Assembly (NCBI GenBank): GCA_963850905.1
Contig: CAWKMU010000003.1
Coordinates: forward strand, 1,920,001 to 1,984,000
Direction of reading: 5' to 3'
Length of the DNA stretch: 64,000 nt
Source of the DNA: an uncultured Gemmatimonadales bacterium
Lineage (GTDB): Bacteria > Gemmatimonadota > Gemmatimonadetes > Gemmatimonadales > Gemmatimonadaceae
Numbering within the stretch: position 1 is the first letter of the stretch; each line of letters starts with the position of its first letter. A program made the translations under genes and the position numbers. A model generated the notes under the pieces. The model was not told where the DNA came from. It saw only the letters and a program-made list of their open reading frames with translations, and made no database searches. Below, in pieces: positions 52,869-63,915 of this stretch.

Positions 52869-53603
52869 ATGTGCGCGGCGACGCGTCTGGCCCCGTTTGT
52901 GGACGAAACGTTGCTTGCCCCCGACGCCACCCATGCCGACATTGACGCGTTGTGCGACCGCGCCATCCGTCACGGTGTGGCTGCGGTGTGCGTCAATCCT
53001 GCGTGGGTGTATCGGTGTGCGTCGCACTTGGCGGGCTCCACCGTGGCGGTGGCGGCCGTCGTCGGTTTCCCTTTCGGGTCCCACGAAACTGCCATAAAGG
53101 CGGCCGAGGCAGCACTCGCGATGGAACGGGGAGCAAAAGAGCTCGACGTCGTGGCGGCACTTGGGCTCATGCGGGCGGGTCGGTGGCATGATGTGGAGCG
53201 CGACATTGCGGCGGTCGTTCGAGAGACGAAAGGGGCATTGGTGAAGGTCATCATCGAGTCCGGATTGTTCTCGCCGGTCGACATCGTCCGCGCCTGCCAG
53301 GCCGCGCAAGCCGCCGGCGCTGGCTTCGTGAAGACCAGCACGGGCTTCCACCCGAGCGGTGGCGCAACGCCAGCTGCGGTCTGGCTGATGCGCCGCACCG
53401 TCCGGGATGCGCTCGGGGTCAAGGCGGCCGGCGGCATCCGAGACTGTGCGACGGCCGAGGCGATGTTCGATGCGGGCGCCACGCGGCTGGGCTCCTCGCG
53501 CGGGGCCGAGTTGGCCGAGTGTGTCGGCAGAGGTCCGCGGACATGGAACGAGCTGGCGCCGACGGCCGGCGACGCGAGCGCACTGGAGGAGCGCGCCAGA
53601 TGA
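52869..53603 (+). CDS. deoC: Deoxyribose-phosphate aldolase
   Basis: VVGFPFG, VKVIIE, FVKTSTGF, VKAAGGIR, GATRLGSS. Confidence 0.93.
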   Translation: MCAATRLAPFVDETLLAPDATHADIDALCDRAIRHGVAAVCVNPAWVYRCASHLAGSTVAVAAVVGFPFGSHETAIKAAEAALAMERGAKELDVVAALGLMRAGRWHDVERDIAAVVRETKGALVKVIIESGLFSPVDIVRACQAAQAAGAGFVKTSTGFHPSGGATPAAVWLMRRTVRDALGVKAAGGIRDCATAEAMFDAGATRLGSSRGAELAECVGRGPRTWNELAPTAGDASALEERAR

Positions 53604-55763
53604 CCACGGCGATCTACCCCGCACCAACGAATTACCTCAATCGCGAACTGAGCTGGCTCGCGTTCAACGAGCGGGTCTTGCGCGAGGCGTTCGACGAGCG
53701 GAACCCGTTGCTCGAGCGACTGAAGTTCCTCGCGATCCATTCCACCAACCTGGATGAGTTCTACATGGTGCGAGTGGCCGGGTTGCGCCGTCAGGTGCGC
53801 GGGGGCGTCGTGCAATCGCCTCCGGATGGACTGCCCCCGGCCGAGCAGCTGGCTGCGATCGGCCGGAGCGTGAGCGCGCAAATCGCCGATGTCCAGCACT
53901 GCCTGCACCATCGGCTCGTGCCCGCACTGGCCGCGCGCGGCGTGCGACTGGTGACGATGTCCGATCTCACGCCGACGGAATGGCTGGCGGTCGACAGCTT
54001 CTTCGAGTCGCAGGTCTTCCCGGTCCTCACGCCGCTCGCCGTCGATCCAGGGCATCCGTTCCCGTACATCTCGAGCCTGTCGCTGTCGCTGGCCGTCGAG
54101 ATTCGAGATCCCGTCAAGGGCGCCGACCACTTCGCCCGCGTCAAAGTCCCGAAGAGTCTTCCGCGGTGGGTTTCGTTCGGGCGCGCGAACCATTTCATCC
54201 CGCTCGAGCAGGTCATCGGTGCGAATCTGGGGGCGCTCTTCCCGGGGATGGAGGTCCTGGGATGGTACGCGTTTCGGGTGACGCGCTATTCGGACCTCGA
54301 CCTGGCAGCGACCGACGAGTCGGAGGATTTGCTCGAGGTCGTGGAGCAGCAGATGTTCGAGCGGCGCTTCAGCGAAGTCGTGCGCCTCGAGATACAAGAC
54401 ACGATGCCGGCGCATCTGCGCGCCCTGCTGCTCGAGGAACTGCGCGATGAGCAGACCGCGGAGCTGCCTGCCCTCACCGAGCACGACGTCCAGGATGCAG
54501 GGTCGCTGCTCGACCTGGGTGATCTCATGTCGCTCGCGACGCTCGACCTGCCGGAGATGCGGGACGAGCCGTTCACGCCGGTCGTTCCGGCGGAGTGGAG
54601 AGACTCTCGCCGCAACGTCTTCGACATCATTCGCGACCACGATATCCTCGTGCATCACCCGTTCGACTCTTTCACGGGCACGGTCGAACAGTTCTTGAGC
54701 ACGGCGGGCGCGGATCCGCAGGTGCTCGCGATCAAGCTGACGTTGTACCGGACGTCGGGTGATACGGCCATCGTCCGCGCGCTCATCGACGCCGCGCAGC
54801 GCGGCAAACAGGTCGCGGTGCTCGTCGAGCTGCAGGCGCGGGGCGACGAAGCGAACAACATCACGTGGGCGCGTACACTGGAAGATGCCGGCGTACACGT
54901 CGCCTATGGCCTGCCGGGTCTCAAGACGCACACCAAGGTCGCCCTTGTGGTCCGGCGAGAGCCTGATGCGATTCGCCGGTACGTGCACATCGGAACGGGC
55001 AACTACAATAGCAAGACGGCGCGTCTCTACACGGACTTCGGCCTGTTCACCGCCAGCCCGTCCATCGGCGCCGACGTGAGTGACTTGTTCAACTCACTGA
55101 CCGGCTACTCGCGACAGCGTCTGTATCGTAAGCTCCTCGTCGCGCCGACGACGATGCGCACGCGCGTGATCGAGCTGATCGACCGCGAAACGGCCCACGC
55201 CCGCGACGGCAACAGCGGCCGCATCACGGCAAAGATGAATGCGATCGTCGACCCCGACACGATCGAGGCGCTCTACCGGGCCTCGCGCGCCGGCGTCGAG
55301 ATCGATCTCATTGTGCGGGGCATTCTGTTGTCTGCGACCCGGGGTCGAGGAGGTCAGCGAGCGCATTCGGGTCAGCAGCATCATCGGCCGGTTCCTGGAG
55401 CACTCCCGTCTCTGGCGCTTTGCGAATGCGGGGACGCCGGAGTACTACATCGGATCGGCCGACTGGATGCCGCGAAACTTCGATCGTCGGGTCGAGGCGG
55501 CCGTGCCAGTCGATGATCCGACGCTTCACCCGCGACTGGATGCCCTGCTCGAGACCTGCCTCGCGGACAATCGCGGCGCGTGGGATCTGCGCTCGGACGG
55601 CACCTACCGCCAGCGCACTCCGGGCGCCGAACCCGTGCGATCCGCCCAGGTCATTCTGGCAACGCGACTCGTGGGGTCGTCCCACCGCTCCCGTCGAGCC
55701 GGCCCCGCCGGCGCCCAGCCTGGTCACACCGCCGGAAACGCGAGAGTCAGTGGCGGCGGATGA
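53600..55763 (+). CDS. ppk1: Polyphosphate kinase 1, frameshifted near 55323 (C-terminal end uncertain, 55763/55767)
   Basis: NRELSWLAFNERVL, HHPFDSF, KTHTK, GTGNYN in frame 1. CCLRPG...GRFLEHSR...GSADWMPRNFDRRVE in a second frame. Confidence 0.94.
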
Positions 55764-55770
55764 CTGAGAG

Positions 55771-55900
55771 GCAGGGTTTGGGGTCTGGGGTGTGGGGTTT
55801 GGGGTAACTCAAGACCCCAGGGGCTAGTCGCGATGCGTCGCAACTGGCCCCTCGGTGTTTTTGCTGTTACCCCAAACCCTAAACCCCAAACCCTAGACCC
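55771..55900. repeat. Inverted (GGGGTTT)n / (AAACCCC/CCCTAAA)n arrays enclosing a hairpin between convergent ppk1 and ppx
   Basis: gggtttggggtctggggtgtggggtttggggtaac ... gttaccccaaaccctaaaccccaaaccctagaccc; inner stem aggggctagtcgcga/tcgcaactggcccct. Confidence 0.85.
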
Positions 55901-55904
55901 GCCG

Positions 55905-57566
55905 TTATTCGATATCCCCATCCTCGCTATCCGCCACGAAGACCTGCCCGTCCGGGGCCACGACTTCGACGCTCACGCCGGCGACTTTCTCCAATAGCCG
56001 CGCCTTTCGGCTCGCGCCCCACAGCTCGAGCCGGAGGGTCAGGCCAGCTTTCGCCGGCACCGCCGTGAGGCGCATCGCGCGACCAAGCCACCGGACTTTG
56101 ACGCGCGCGACGGCTCCGGCATGTCCCCGGTCGAACCCGTCGGCGACGCGCAGGATCGCAGCCAGGCGTCGAACGCGCCGCCGAGCGGCCCGGTCGAGGT
56201 GCGCGAACTCCTCATGCGACTTCTTGGGGGCCGAGCCGCGGTGGTAGCGGGCCACGTTGGCGACTGCGACCTGCTCCTCAGGAGTGATGCCGAGCAAATC
56301 CGCATGCAGGATCAGGTGGTACGAGTGCTTGTGGTGCTTGTTGTAGTTGATGTGGTAGCCGATGTCATGCAGGAGCGCGGCATCCGCGAGAATCTCGCGA
56401 TCCCCGGGACCACAGCCAATGCGGTCGCCGATGGCGTCGAACAGCTGCAGGGCCAGTGACTGGACGTGCCGGGCGTGCGGCGCTTCGAAGCGCGTACGCT
56501 CAGCGAGCTCTCGCACCGATCGGGCACGTGCCTCTCCGGGATCGGCCACGGTCGGCCTGATGCGCGCGGTCTCCAGCAGGAGGCCTTCACGAATGCCGTA
56601 GGCTGATACGACGATCTCGCGGGCCTCGACTCGAGCAACCACCTCGGCCACGACGGCGAGGCCGGCCACGATGATGTCAGCGCGGGGCGCATTCAGTCCG
56701 GGTACTGCCGCCCGCTCAGCGATCGACAGGTCTTGTAGCGCGAAGAGCATGTGCTCGAGCTCCACGCGCGGGACCCGCGCAGCGTGGACGGTCCGCGCGG
56801 TCACCGCCTGACGGGCGAGGTACATCCCGCCCATGTTGGTGAACGTCCCGCCGGAACCGATGACTTGCGCGCCGCGCCAGTCTCGCACCGGCAGATGGCC
56901 GCGCAACGCGTCGCGCACGTGGCTGCGCAGGTCGCGCACACCCCGCCGGAGCGCGCGGCCCCCGTCGCGTACTCCAGCTCCAAGAAATTGCTCGGTCAGG
57001 CGAATCGCACCGAATGGGAGCGAAATCAGGCGGTCGAGCAGTCCATCGGCGCTCAACGCCAACTCGATCGACCCACCTCCAATGTCCATTACGACCCAGC
57101 GACCGACTCCCAGATCGAAGTGCGCGAGCGCGCTACGATAGGTCAGCCGGGCCTCGTCCTCGCCGCCCAATGTCCGCACCCGCAACCCGGTCTCGGCTCG
57201 CACCCGATCCAGAAACGCGCGACCATTGGTGGCCTCGCGAACCGCACTGGTCGCGACGGCTTCGATCCGTTCGGCACCGAGCTGCTTGGCGAGGGTCGCC
57301 ATGCGGACCAGTGTCTCCAGTGCTCCCTGCATCGAATCGGGACTCAACTGGCCGGTCGCGACGACACCCGTGCCAAGCCGCGGTTGCGCCTTCAGCTCGT
57401 CGACGACGCGGATCGACCCGTTGTTGGAGACGTCAGCAACGATCTGTCGAATCGAGTTCGACCCGATATCGATAGCGGCGACCCGGACTGCCCCGCCATC
57501 TCTGGCGTGCCGCGAGGAGGCCGGCGGCGGCCCACCCGCGTTGCGGAGAAGTGCCGACGCCGCCAT
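55905..57566 (-). CDS. ppx: Ppx/GppA exopolyphosphatase with C-terminal HD domain
   Basis: IDIGSNS, ATSAVRE, DIGGGSIE, GIREG, LLHDIG. Confidence 0.94.
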   Translation of the reverse strand: MAASALLRNAGGPPPASSRHARDGGAVRVAAIDIGSNSIRQIVADVSNNGSIRVVDELKAQPRLGTGVVATGQLSPDSMQGALETLVRMATLAKQLGAERIEAVATSAVREATNGRAFLDRVRAETGLRVRTLGGEDEARLTYRSALAHFDLGVGRWVVMDIGGGSIELALSADGLLDRLISLPFGAIRLTEQFLGAGVRDGGRALRRGVRDLRSHVRDALRGHLPVRDWRGAQVIGSGGTFTNMGGMYLARQAVTARTVHAARVPRVELEHMLFALQDLSIAERAAVPGLNAPRADIIVAGLAVVAEVVARVEAREIVVSAYGIREGLLLETARIRPTVADPGEARARSVRELAERTRFEAPHARHVQSLALQLFDAIGDRIGCGPGDREILADAALLHDIGYHINYNKHHKHSYHLILHADLLGITPEEQVAVANVARYHRGSAPKKSHEEFAHLDRAARRRVRRLAAILRVADGFDRGHAGAVARVKVRWLGRAMRLTAVPAKAGLTLRLELWGASRKARLLEKVAGVSVEVVAPDGQVFVADSEDGDIE

Positions 57567-57572
57567 CCCCTC

Positions 57573-58367
57573 TTAGTGTCCTCCGCCCGAGCTTCTGGGC
57601 GACGAGGGTGTCTCGCCGACCGTCCCGCTGTGCGCCCCCGGCGGCGGTCTTCGCGTCGGGTCGTCCAGGTGGTGCTTGATCTGCTTTCCCTCGGCCAGGA
57701 ACACGGCATCCTCGCCGATGTTCGTCGCCAGATCGGCGACCCGCTCGAGGTTGCGTCCCACGAGGATGAGCTCGAGCGACGGCGTGATGTTCCGGGCGTC
57801 CGCCATCATGTGGGTCAAGAGGATCCGGAAAAGGGAATTGAGCAGCGCGTCGACCGCGTCGTCTGCTTTACAGACTTCCCGACCCAGTGTTCCGTCAGCG
57901 CGAATGAATGCGTCCAGCGCGTCGCCCAGCATGCTGCGCGCGCGACGGGCCATGTCCTCGATCTCGGGCTCGGGCGTAATTGTGGACCGGATCGCGATGA
58001 GACGCTGGGCACACTGCGCGATGTTGACCGCGTGGTCTCCGACACGCTCCAGATCGCTCGAGATCTTGATCGCGCTCACAATGAAGCGGAGGTCTCGCGC
58101 CATAGGCTGTTGCAGCGCAAGTAGCTCGACGGCCAACCCCTCGACCTCGACCTCCAGGGCGTCGATCTCGCGGTCGCCGGTAATGACGGCGTCGGCCCGA
58201 TCCTGATCGTGTTTGAGCAATGCGTCGACCGCCAGGTCGACCAGCCCTTCGGCGCGGTCGGACATGGTCAAGAGCCGCTCCTTGAGGTTCGCCAGTTGGT
58301 CGTGAAAGTGGCGGAACCCCGACGGGGAGTCGGAGGTGACGACGGGAGAAGTGGCGGGAGGCATCAT
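57573..58367 (-). CDS. phoU: Phosphate signalling protein PhoU
   Basis: [28 protein letters not shown]. Confidence 0.96.
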   Translation of the reverse strand: MMPPATSPVVTSDSPSGFRHFHDQLANLKERLLTMSDRAEGLVDLAVDALLKHDQDRADAVITGDREIDALEVEVEGLAVELLALQQPMARDLRFIVSAIKISSDLERVGDHAVNIAQCAQRLIAIRSTITPEPEIEDMARRARSMLGDALDAFIRADGTLGREVCKADDAVDALLNSLFRILLTHMMADARNITPSLELILVGRNLERVADLATNIGEDAVFLAEGKQIKHHLDDPTRRPPPGAHSGTVGETPSSPRSSGGGH

Positions 58368-59182
58368 CCGAACCTACCTGTAATGTACGAGTTCGTACGT
58401 TCTTCGCGTGGGGCTGTGAACATCCGCTCGGTCGGACCCACCTCGATCAGCCGGCCCAGGTAAAAGAACGCGGTAAAGTCGGAGGCACGCGCCGCCTGCT
58501 GGAGATTGTGGGTTACGATCACAATCGTCAACTCTCTTTTTAGCTCGAAGATCAACTCCTCGATCTTCTGCGTGGCGATCGGGTCGAGCGCGCTCGCCGG
58601 TTCGTCGAGGAGTAGCACCTCCGGGTCGTTCGCCAGCGTCCGGGCGATGCAGAGGCGTTGCTGCTGTCCGCCTGAGAGTCCGCTCGCCGGGTCGCGGAGC
58701 CGGTCCTTCACCTCGTCCCACAACACCGCGCGCCGGAGCGAGGACTCCACAATGCGGTCGAGTTCCGCGCGAGACGCAGTCGTGTTGATGCGCGGGCCGT
58801 AGGCGACGTTGTCGTAGATCGATTTCGGAAAGCAGTTCCACCGCTGGAAGACCATTCCGATCCGTCGGCGCAACGCGGTGGGGTCGAGCGCGGCCTCATA
58901 GACATCGCGTCCATCGAGCAGGACCTCACCCGTGTGGCGCGTCCCCGGCAACAGATCGTGCATCCGGTTGATCGACCGGAGAAAGGTCGACTTTCCGCAT
59001 CCCGATGGCCCGATCAGCGCAGTGATCGACCGCGGCGGCATGTCGACGGTGATGTCGAAGAGCGCCTGCTTCTCGCCGTACCAGAACGAAAAGTCGCGTG
59101 CCGCGAGCGACCCCCGCTGCGCTGCACCGGTCATCGGCGTCGCCGGAGGGGACGCGGACGGCGTGGCCATCGCCGGGCTCAT
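58364..59182 (-). CDS. pstB: Phosphate ABC transporter ATPase, copy 2
   Basis: [38 protein letters not shown]. Confidence 0.95.
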   Translation of the reverse strand: MSPAMATPSASPPATPMTGAAQRGSLAARDFSFWYGEKQALFDITVDMPPRSITALIGPSGCGKSTFLRSINRMHDLLPGTRHTGEVLLDGRDVYEAALDPTALRRRIGMVFQRWNCFPKSIYDNVAYGPRINTTASRAELDRIVESSLRRAVLWDEVKDRLRDPASGLSGGQQQRLCIARTLANDPEVLLLDEPASALDPIATQKIEELIFELKRELTIVIVTHNLQQAARASDFTAFFYLGRLIEVGPTERMFTAPREERTNSYITGRFG

Positions 59183-60183
59183 CCGAATCGCCCTGTGATG
59201 TACGCCTCGGTGCGCGGGTCCCTCGGCGTCGTGAACAACTCGGCGGTTGGCGCGACCTCGACCAGATCTCCGTGCAGCATGAAGGCCGTGCGGTCCGAGA
59301 CGCGCGCTGCCTGTTGCATGTTGTGGGTCACGATCACGACGGTCATGTCTCGGCGCAGCTCGTAGACGAGCTCCTCGACCTTTTGCGTACTGAGCGGATC
59401 CAGGGACGCGGTGGGTTCGTCGAGCAGCAACACCTCCGGCTCGATGGCCAGCGCGCGGGCGATACACAGGCGCTGCTGCTGACCGCCGGAAAGGCCAACC
59501 GCACTATCGCGCAAGCGATCCTTCACCTCGTCCCACAACGCGGCGCGGTGGAGTGCCTTCTCGACGATCTCGTCCACCCGGCCGTGTGACGGCATCCGCC
59601 GCAGCGTCGACAATCCTGCCGCCACGTTGTCGTGGATGGACATCGTGGGGAAGGGGGTCGGCCGCTGAAAGACCATACCGATGTGCTGCCGGACCGCCGT
59701 GACGTTCACATCCCGATCGTAAATGTTCCGGCCATCGAGCATGACCTGCCCCGTCACCCGCGCGCGGGGCAGCGTCTCGTGCATGCGGTTCAGGCAACGA
59801 AGCATCGTCGACTTGCCGCAACCCGACGGACCGATGATGGCTGTGACGAAGCGGTCGGGGAGGTCGATCGAGATGTCCTTGACCGCGCGGTTCGCGCCGA
59901 AGAACGCATTCAACGCGGCGACGCGGAGCCGCATCGGCGCGCTGCCGGTCGACGCTGCGGCCCGCGCCGCCGCGGCGGCGGTGTCGATGGCGGGTGGCGC
60001 GGCGCGATGCGGCGTCTGCGTCCAACCCGACGCGGCCGAGGGCTCCGCAGGGCGACCGACGGGCCCATTGCCTGTCGGCCCGGGTACTGAGACGTGCGCT
60101 GCCGCAGCTGGTCGCGCGCCGGCGGGCGTGGGCCCCGACGGGTCGCTGCGGCTGGGCGGCATGGTGGACCGAGCCATGATCAT
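59179..60183 (-). CDS. pstB: Phosphate ABC transporter ATPase, copy 1 (start 60183 or 59934)
   Basis: [32 protein letters not shown]. Confidence 0.93.
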   Translation of the reverse strand: MIMARSTMPPSRSDPSGPTPAGARPAAAAHVSVPGPTGNGPVGRPAEPSAASGWTQTPHRAAPPAIDTAAAAARAAASTGSAPMRLRVAALNAFFGANRAVKDISIDLPDRFVTAIIGPSGCGKSTMLRCLNRMHETLPRARVTGQVMLDGRNIYDRDVNVTAVRQHIGMVFQRPTPFPTMSIHDNVAAGLSTLRRMPSHGRVDEIVEKALHRAALWDEVKDRLRDSAVGLSGGQQQRLCIARALAIEPEVLLLDEPTASLDPLSTQKVEELVYELRRDMTVVIVTHNMQQAARVSDRTAFMLHGDLVEVAPTAELFTTPRDPRTEAYITGRFG

Positions 60184-60197
60184 GACGCCCGCGCCGC

Positions 60198-61154
60198 TCA
60201 GTCTCCGCCCATCCCGGCAAAGCGGCGCCGGGTGGCGAGACGAGCGACGAGACTGATGATGAGGATCATCGCGATGAGCACGAGCGCGCCGGCCCACGCC
60301 TGCGCGTGCCAGTCGTCATAGGGGCTCACCGCGTAGTTGAAGATCTGCAGCGGGAGTGCCGCCATCGGCCGATTGAGCGACGTGGACCAGAACTGGTTCC
60401 CGAACGCCGTGAAGAGCAGTGGCGCGGTCTCTCCAGCGATACGAGCGATCGCGACCAGCACGCCGGTCACGATGCCGGCACTGGCAGTTCGCAGCACGAT
60501 CGACAGCGACGTCCGCCATCGCGCGTAGCCGAGGGCGAGCGCAGCTTCGCGGAGCGACACGGGCACCGTGCGGACGATCTCCTCCGTGGTTCGCGCGACT
60601 TGAGGAATCATCATCGCCGCGAGGGCGACACTCCCCGCCCAGGCCGAAAAATGACCGATCGGCCGAACGAGGAACTGCCACGCGAAAATCCCCATGACGA
60701 TCGACGGCAGTCCATTGAGCACGTCGGCCAGGAATCGCGTGATGTAAGCTAAACGGGTTTCGGAATGCTCCGCGAGATAGAGGCCGGCGCCGATTCCGAC
60801 CGGCAAGCCGATCCCGCTGGCGGCGGCGACGATGATCACCGTTCCGACAATCGCGTTGGCCATGCCGCCGCCTTCCTCTCCTACCGGCTTCGGCATGTTC
60901 GTGAAGAAGTGCCACCGCAGCGACGATCCGCCCAGCTCGATGAGGTGGAAGAGGATGAAGAGGAGCGGCAGTGTGGTGATCAACGCCGCCGCCGCGACGA
61001 GTCCCACCATGATGCCGTTGACGATATGACGCCGGCGCAGCTTGCTGCGCATCTCTACGGTGACGTGCGCATCAGTCCAGCGTGGCGGGCGAGGCGCACT
61101 GCCAGACCGCGTTGGGGCGGCGGCCGGGGCCGACTCCGCAACGGGTGCCGTCAT
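60198..61154 (-). CDS. pstA: Phosphate ABC transporter permease PstA
   Basis: LPSIVMG, LREAALALG, ARIAGETAPL, AWAGALVL. Confidence 0.95.
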   Translation of the reverse strand: MTAPVAESAPAAAPTRSGSAPRPPRWTDAHVTVEMRSKLRRRHIVNGIMVGLVAAAALITTLPLLFILFHLIELGGSSLRWHFFTNMPKPVGEEGGGMANAIVGTVIIVAAASGIGLPVGIGAGLYLAEHSETRLAYITRFLADVLNGLPSIVMGIFAWQFLVRPIGHFSAWAGSVALAAMMIPQVARTTEEIVRTVPVSLREAALALGYARWRTSLSIVLRTASAGIVTGVLVAIARIAGETAPLLFTAFGNQFWSTSLNRPMAALPLQIFNYAVSPYDDWHAQAWAGALVLIAMILIISLVARLATRRRFAGMGGD

Positions 61155-62173
61155 ACGGCTTTCCCTCCCGCGCCCCGCGACACCTGCCACACGAGCCACC
61201 GGGCAACTGCGTTCACGATCACCGTAATGACAAACAACACGAACCCAACGGCCATGAGCGCGGACAGGTGGAGATCGCCCGACGCCTCTGAGAATTCATT
61301 CGCGATGAGCGAGGCCATTGTATAGCCGGGGGCAAAGAGCGATGCCGAGATCTCCGGGCGATTGCCGATGAGCATCGTCACCGCCATGGTCTCGCCCAGC
61401 GCACGGCCGAGGCCGAGAATAATGCCGCCGATGATGCCCGACTTCGCATACGGCACGACCGCGCCCGAGATCGTCTCCCACTTGGTAGCGCCCAATGCCA
61501 GCGCCGCTTCGCGCTGCGATCGCGGCACAGCCAACAACACCTCGCGCGACACCGACGAGATGTACGGCAGGATCATGATCGCGAGGATCAGCCCGGCCGC
61601 CAGCATACTCGGCCCGTAGGCCGGACCTTTGAACAGCGGGAGCACGCCCAAGTGCAACGTGTCGCGCAGGAAGGGCATAACGCCTGTGCGCAGCACCGGG
61701 AGCAGCACGAAGATGCCCCACAGCCCGTACACGACACTCGGGATCGCCGCCAACAGGTCAACGAGAAACGCAACCGGCTGTCGGATCTTGGGCGGAGCAA
61801 ACTCAGAGAGGAATACGGCCACGCCGAGCGCGAGCGGGGCAGCGATGATCAGCGCGACGATCGACGAGACGAGGGTGCCGTAGATCGCCGGCGCAGCGCC
61901 GAACACGCCTTTGACCGGGTCCCAGGAGCTCGAGGTCAAAAAGGACCACCCGAACTTGTGGAACGTCGGCCACCCGGCGACCGCGATTTCGACCGCGATT
62001 ACGACCAGGAGCGCCGGGACGCAGAACGCAAAAAAGGCGACGAGGACGCTGTAGATCCGGTCGCCTATAACGGACCCCTCGATGCGAACGCGAAAGCCGT
62101 CGCGCACCGCGCGTGGTGGACGTCCGCCGGCCGCGACCGCGCCTGGGCCCTCGTCGATAGTCCCGCTCGTCAT
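61151..62173 (-). CDS. pstC: Phosphate ABC transporter permease PstC
   Basis: AAIPSVVYGLWG, REAALALGAT, GRALGETMAV, IANEF. Confidence 0.96.
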   Translation of the reverse strand: MTSGTIDEGPGAVAAGGRPPRAVRDGFRVRIEGSVIGDRIYSVLVAFFAFCVPALLVVIAVEIAVAGWPTFHKFGWSFLTSSSWDPVKGVFGAAPAIYGTLVSSIVALIIAAPLALGVAVFLSEFAPPKIRQPVAFLVDLLAAIPSVVYGLWGIFVLLPVLRTGVMPFLRDTLHLGVLPLFKGPAYGPSMLAAGLILAIMILPYISSVSREVLLAVPRSQREAALALGATKWETISGAVVPYAKSGIIGGIILGLGRALGETMAVTMLIGNRPEISASLFAPGYTMASLIANEFSEASGDLHLSALMAVGFVLFVITVIVNAVARWLVWQVSRGAGGKAV

Positions 62174-62282
62174 GACGACATCCGATTACGCGCGATCGAC
62201 ATGCATCGCTAACGTAGGGCTGCCGGACCCCGTTTTTGCCGCGGGTTGGGTAACGAACGTGTCACGTGCAAGGGCGAAGCAA

Positions 62283-62387
62283 GACGCTGGACGCTGGACG
62301 CCAGAAAACAAGCCTGAGGGCCAGCTGGGTACGTGGTGGCTGACCCTCAGGTTTTGTCCAGCGTCTAGCGCCTAGCGTCTAGCGTCC
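62283..62387. repeat. Inverted (GACGCTG)n / (TAGCGTC)n heptamer arrays enclosing a terminator-like hairpin
   Basis: gacgctggacgctggacgccag aaaacaagcctgagggccagc...gctgaccctcaggttttgt ccagcgtctagcgcctagcgtctagcgtc. Confidence 0.8.
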
Positions 62388-62391
62388 GCCG

Positions 62392-63915
62392 TTACGGCAG
62401 ATAATACCGGAACGAGAAGAAGCCCATCGGATCGACCGCGGTCGGCTGGATGCCCGGGCCAAGCGGGTTCGAGGCCGCTGGCAGGCCAGACCAGGTCTCC
62501 TTCTGCAGATACGAGTATTGCATGCCGAACTGGAATCGTCCGTATGGGCCCTGATAGAAGCGGTACCAGAACCCGCCGACGCCCATCCACAGCGCGCGAG
62601 TGTCGGCGTTGCAGGTGCCGGAAGCGGGAACGTACTGGCTGGTGGGCGGCAACTCGGTCTCGCAGCCCGCATTGCTCAGCAGTGGCGAACCATAGCCTGA
62701 ACCCTTCACACCCGTCACGAAGGCGTTGCGGTTGTTGTACTCACCGCCGCCATACAAGTAAATGTCCAGTCGGGGCGTCGCATGGATCTCGAGGGAGGCC
62801 AATGCCTGGCCCTGAAGAATCGGAGCCAGCTGGCCGTTGGGACGGATCGTCACGTCCGCAAGCTGCCCGGTGCCGTAACGGCCGATACCGCGGCCATACA
62901 GCGCCGAGACGCCGAAGTCCACGACATCACGTTTGGAACCGTTGGACCGAGTTTCGTAGAACGGGAACACGGTACCAATCCCCACTCCACCGCCGAACAC
63001 GTGGCTGTTATAGGAGGTGCCGACGGTTGACGTGTCGGCGTAGACGATGCGGGATCGGAACACGCTCCCCACCGCCTTGATTTCCCAGTGTCCGAATCCG
63101 GGCTCAAAAACGAATTTTCCTATGATGTCGGGCGCGAGGTCGGTCGAGTAGTTGGCGGTGGAGTTGAGCAGGCTACCGCCGACCTGACCCAGCACCACGT
63201 TGGCCGGTGGGCCGTGCGCCGTGACCGTGGTCTGTGTTCCTTCGACGGCCCCGACCAACCAGGCGTGATTGTTACTACCCAGGTCGGTCGAGATGCGCAG
63301 CTGCCACTGCCGGGCCCAGTTGAAGCCGGTGACGTACTGCGCGTCGATCGTTTGGGGAACGAATTCCTGCAGCGGAGCGACGCCTTTCTTCTCGGTGGTA
63401 ATGGTGCTCCACGCCTGGCCGGCTACGAACCCAAACCCACCAGAGTTTATCTGCCCCCAGAACTGACGGAGCCGCATCGTGTAGCTATTGCTCTCGGTCG
63501 AGTTGGAGGTGACGCCGGCAGACAGGAAGTCCGACTCCCAGTAGCCGGAGAGCTTGACGTTCGCGTCGGGAGTGCCGGCAGCCAGCAGCGACAGTCGGGA
63601 CTGACGGGCAGACCCGCGCCATTCCGACAGATAGTACGGCGACGTGCCGGTGAACGGGATTCCGTTATAGCTCGTGCCCATGTCCGCTTCGGTGCTGTGC
63701 GTTCGATAGAGACCTTCTGCGGCGAAAAAACCGCCAGGCGTTAGAGTGACGCCCTTGAAGTGAATGACTTGGTTGGGCAGCGTGTCCTGGGCGAGCGCTC
63801 GGGACGAAGAGATGAAGGCGACAGCGGCAAGAGTAGTCAGAGCCGAGCACATCGTGGCGCCACGCCATCGACGGGCGCGGGCAGAGGGGAATGAGGTGTC
63901 GACCGAACAGGGCAT
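62392..63915 (-). CDS. Outer-membrane porin-like beta-barrel upstream of pstC (start 63915 or 63852)
   Basis: Signal peptide (ALA-Q); RQSRL, ESDF, RLRQFWG and GQAWS porin-type motifs; C-terminal FSFRYYLP. Confidence 0.75.
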   Translation of the reverse strand: MPCSVDTSFPSARARRWRGATMCSALTTLAAVAFISSSRALAQDTLPNQVIHFKGVTLTPGGFFAAEGLYRTHSTEADMGTSYNGIPFTGTSPYYLSEWRGSARQSRLSLLAAGTPDANVKLSGYWESDFLSAGVTSNSTESNSYTMRLRQFWGQINSGGFGFVAGQAWSTITTEKKGVAPLQEFVPQTIDAQYVTGFNWARQWQLRISTDLGSNNHAWLVGAVEGTQTTVTAHGPPANVVLGQVGGSLLNSTANYSTDLAPDIIGKFVFEPGFGHWEIKAVGSVFRSRIVYADTSTVGTSYNSHVFGGGVGIGTVFPFYETRSNGSKRDVVDFGVSALYGRGIGRYGTGQLADVTIRPNGQLAPILQGQALASLEIHATPRLDIYLYGGGEYNNRNAFVTGVKGSGYGSPLLSNAGCETELPPTSQYVPASGTCNADTRALWMGVGGFWYRFYQGPYGRFQFGMQYSYLQKETWSGLPAASNPLGPGIQPTAVDPMGFFSFRYYLP

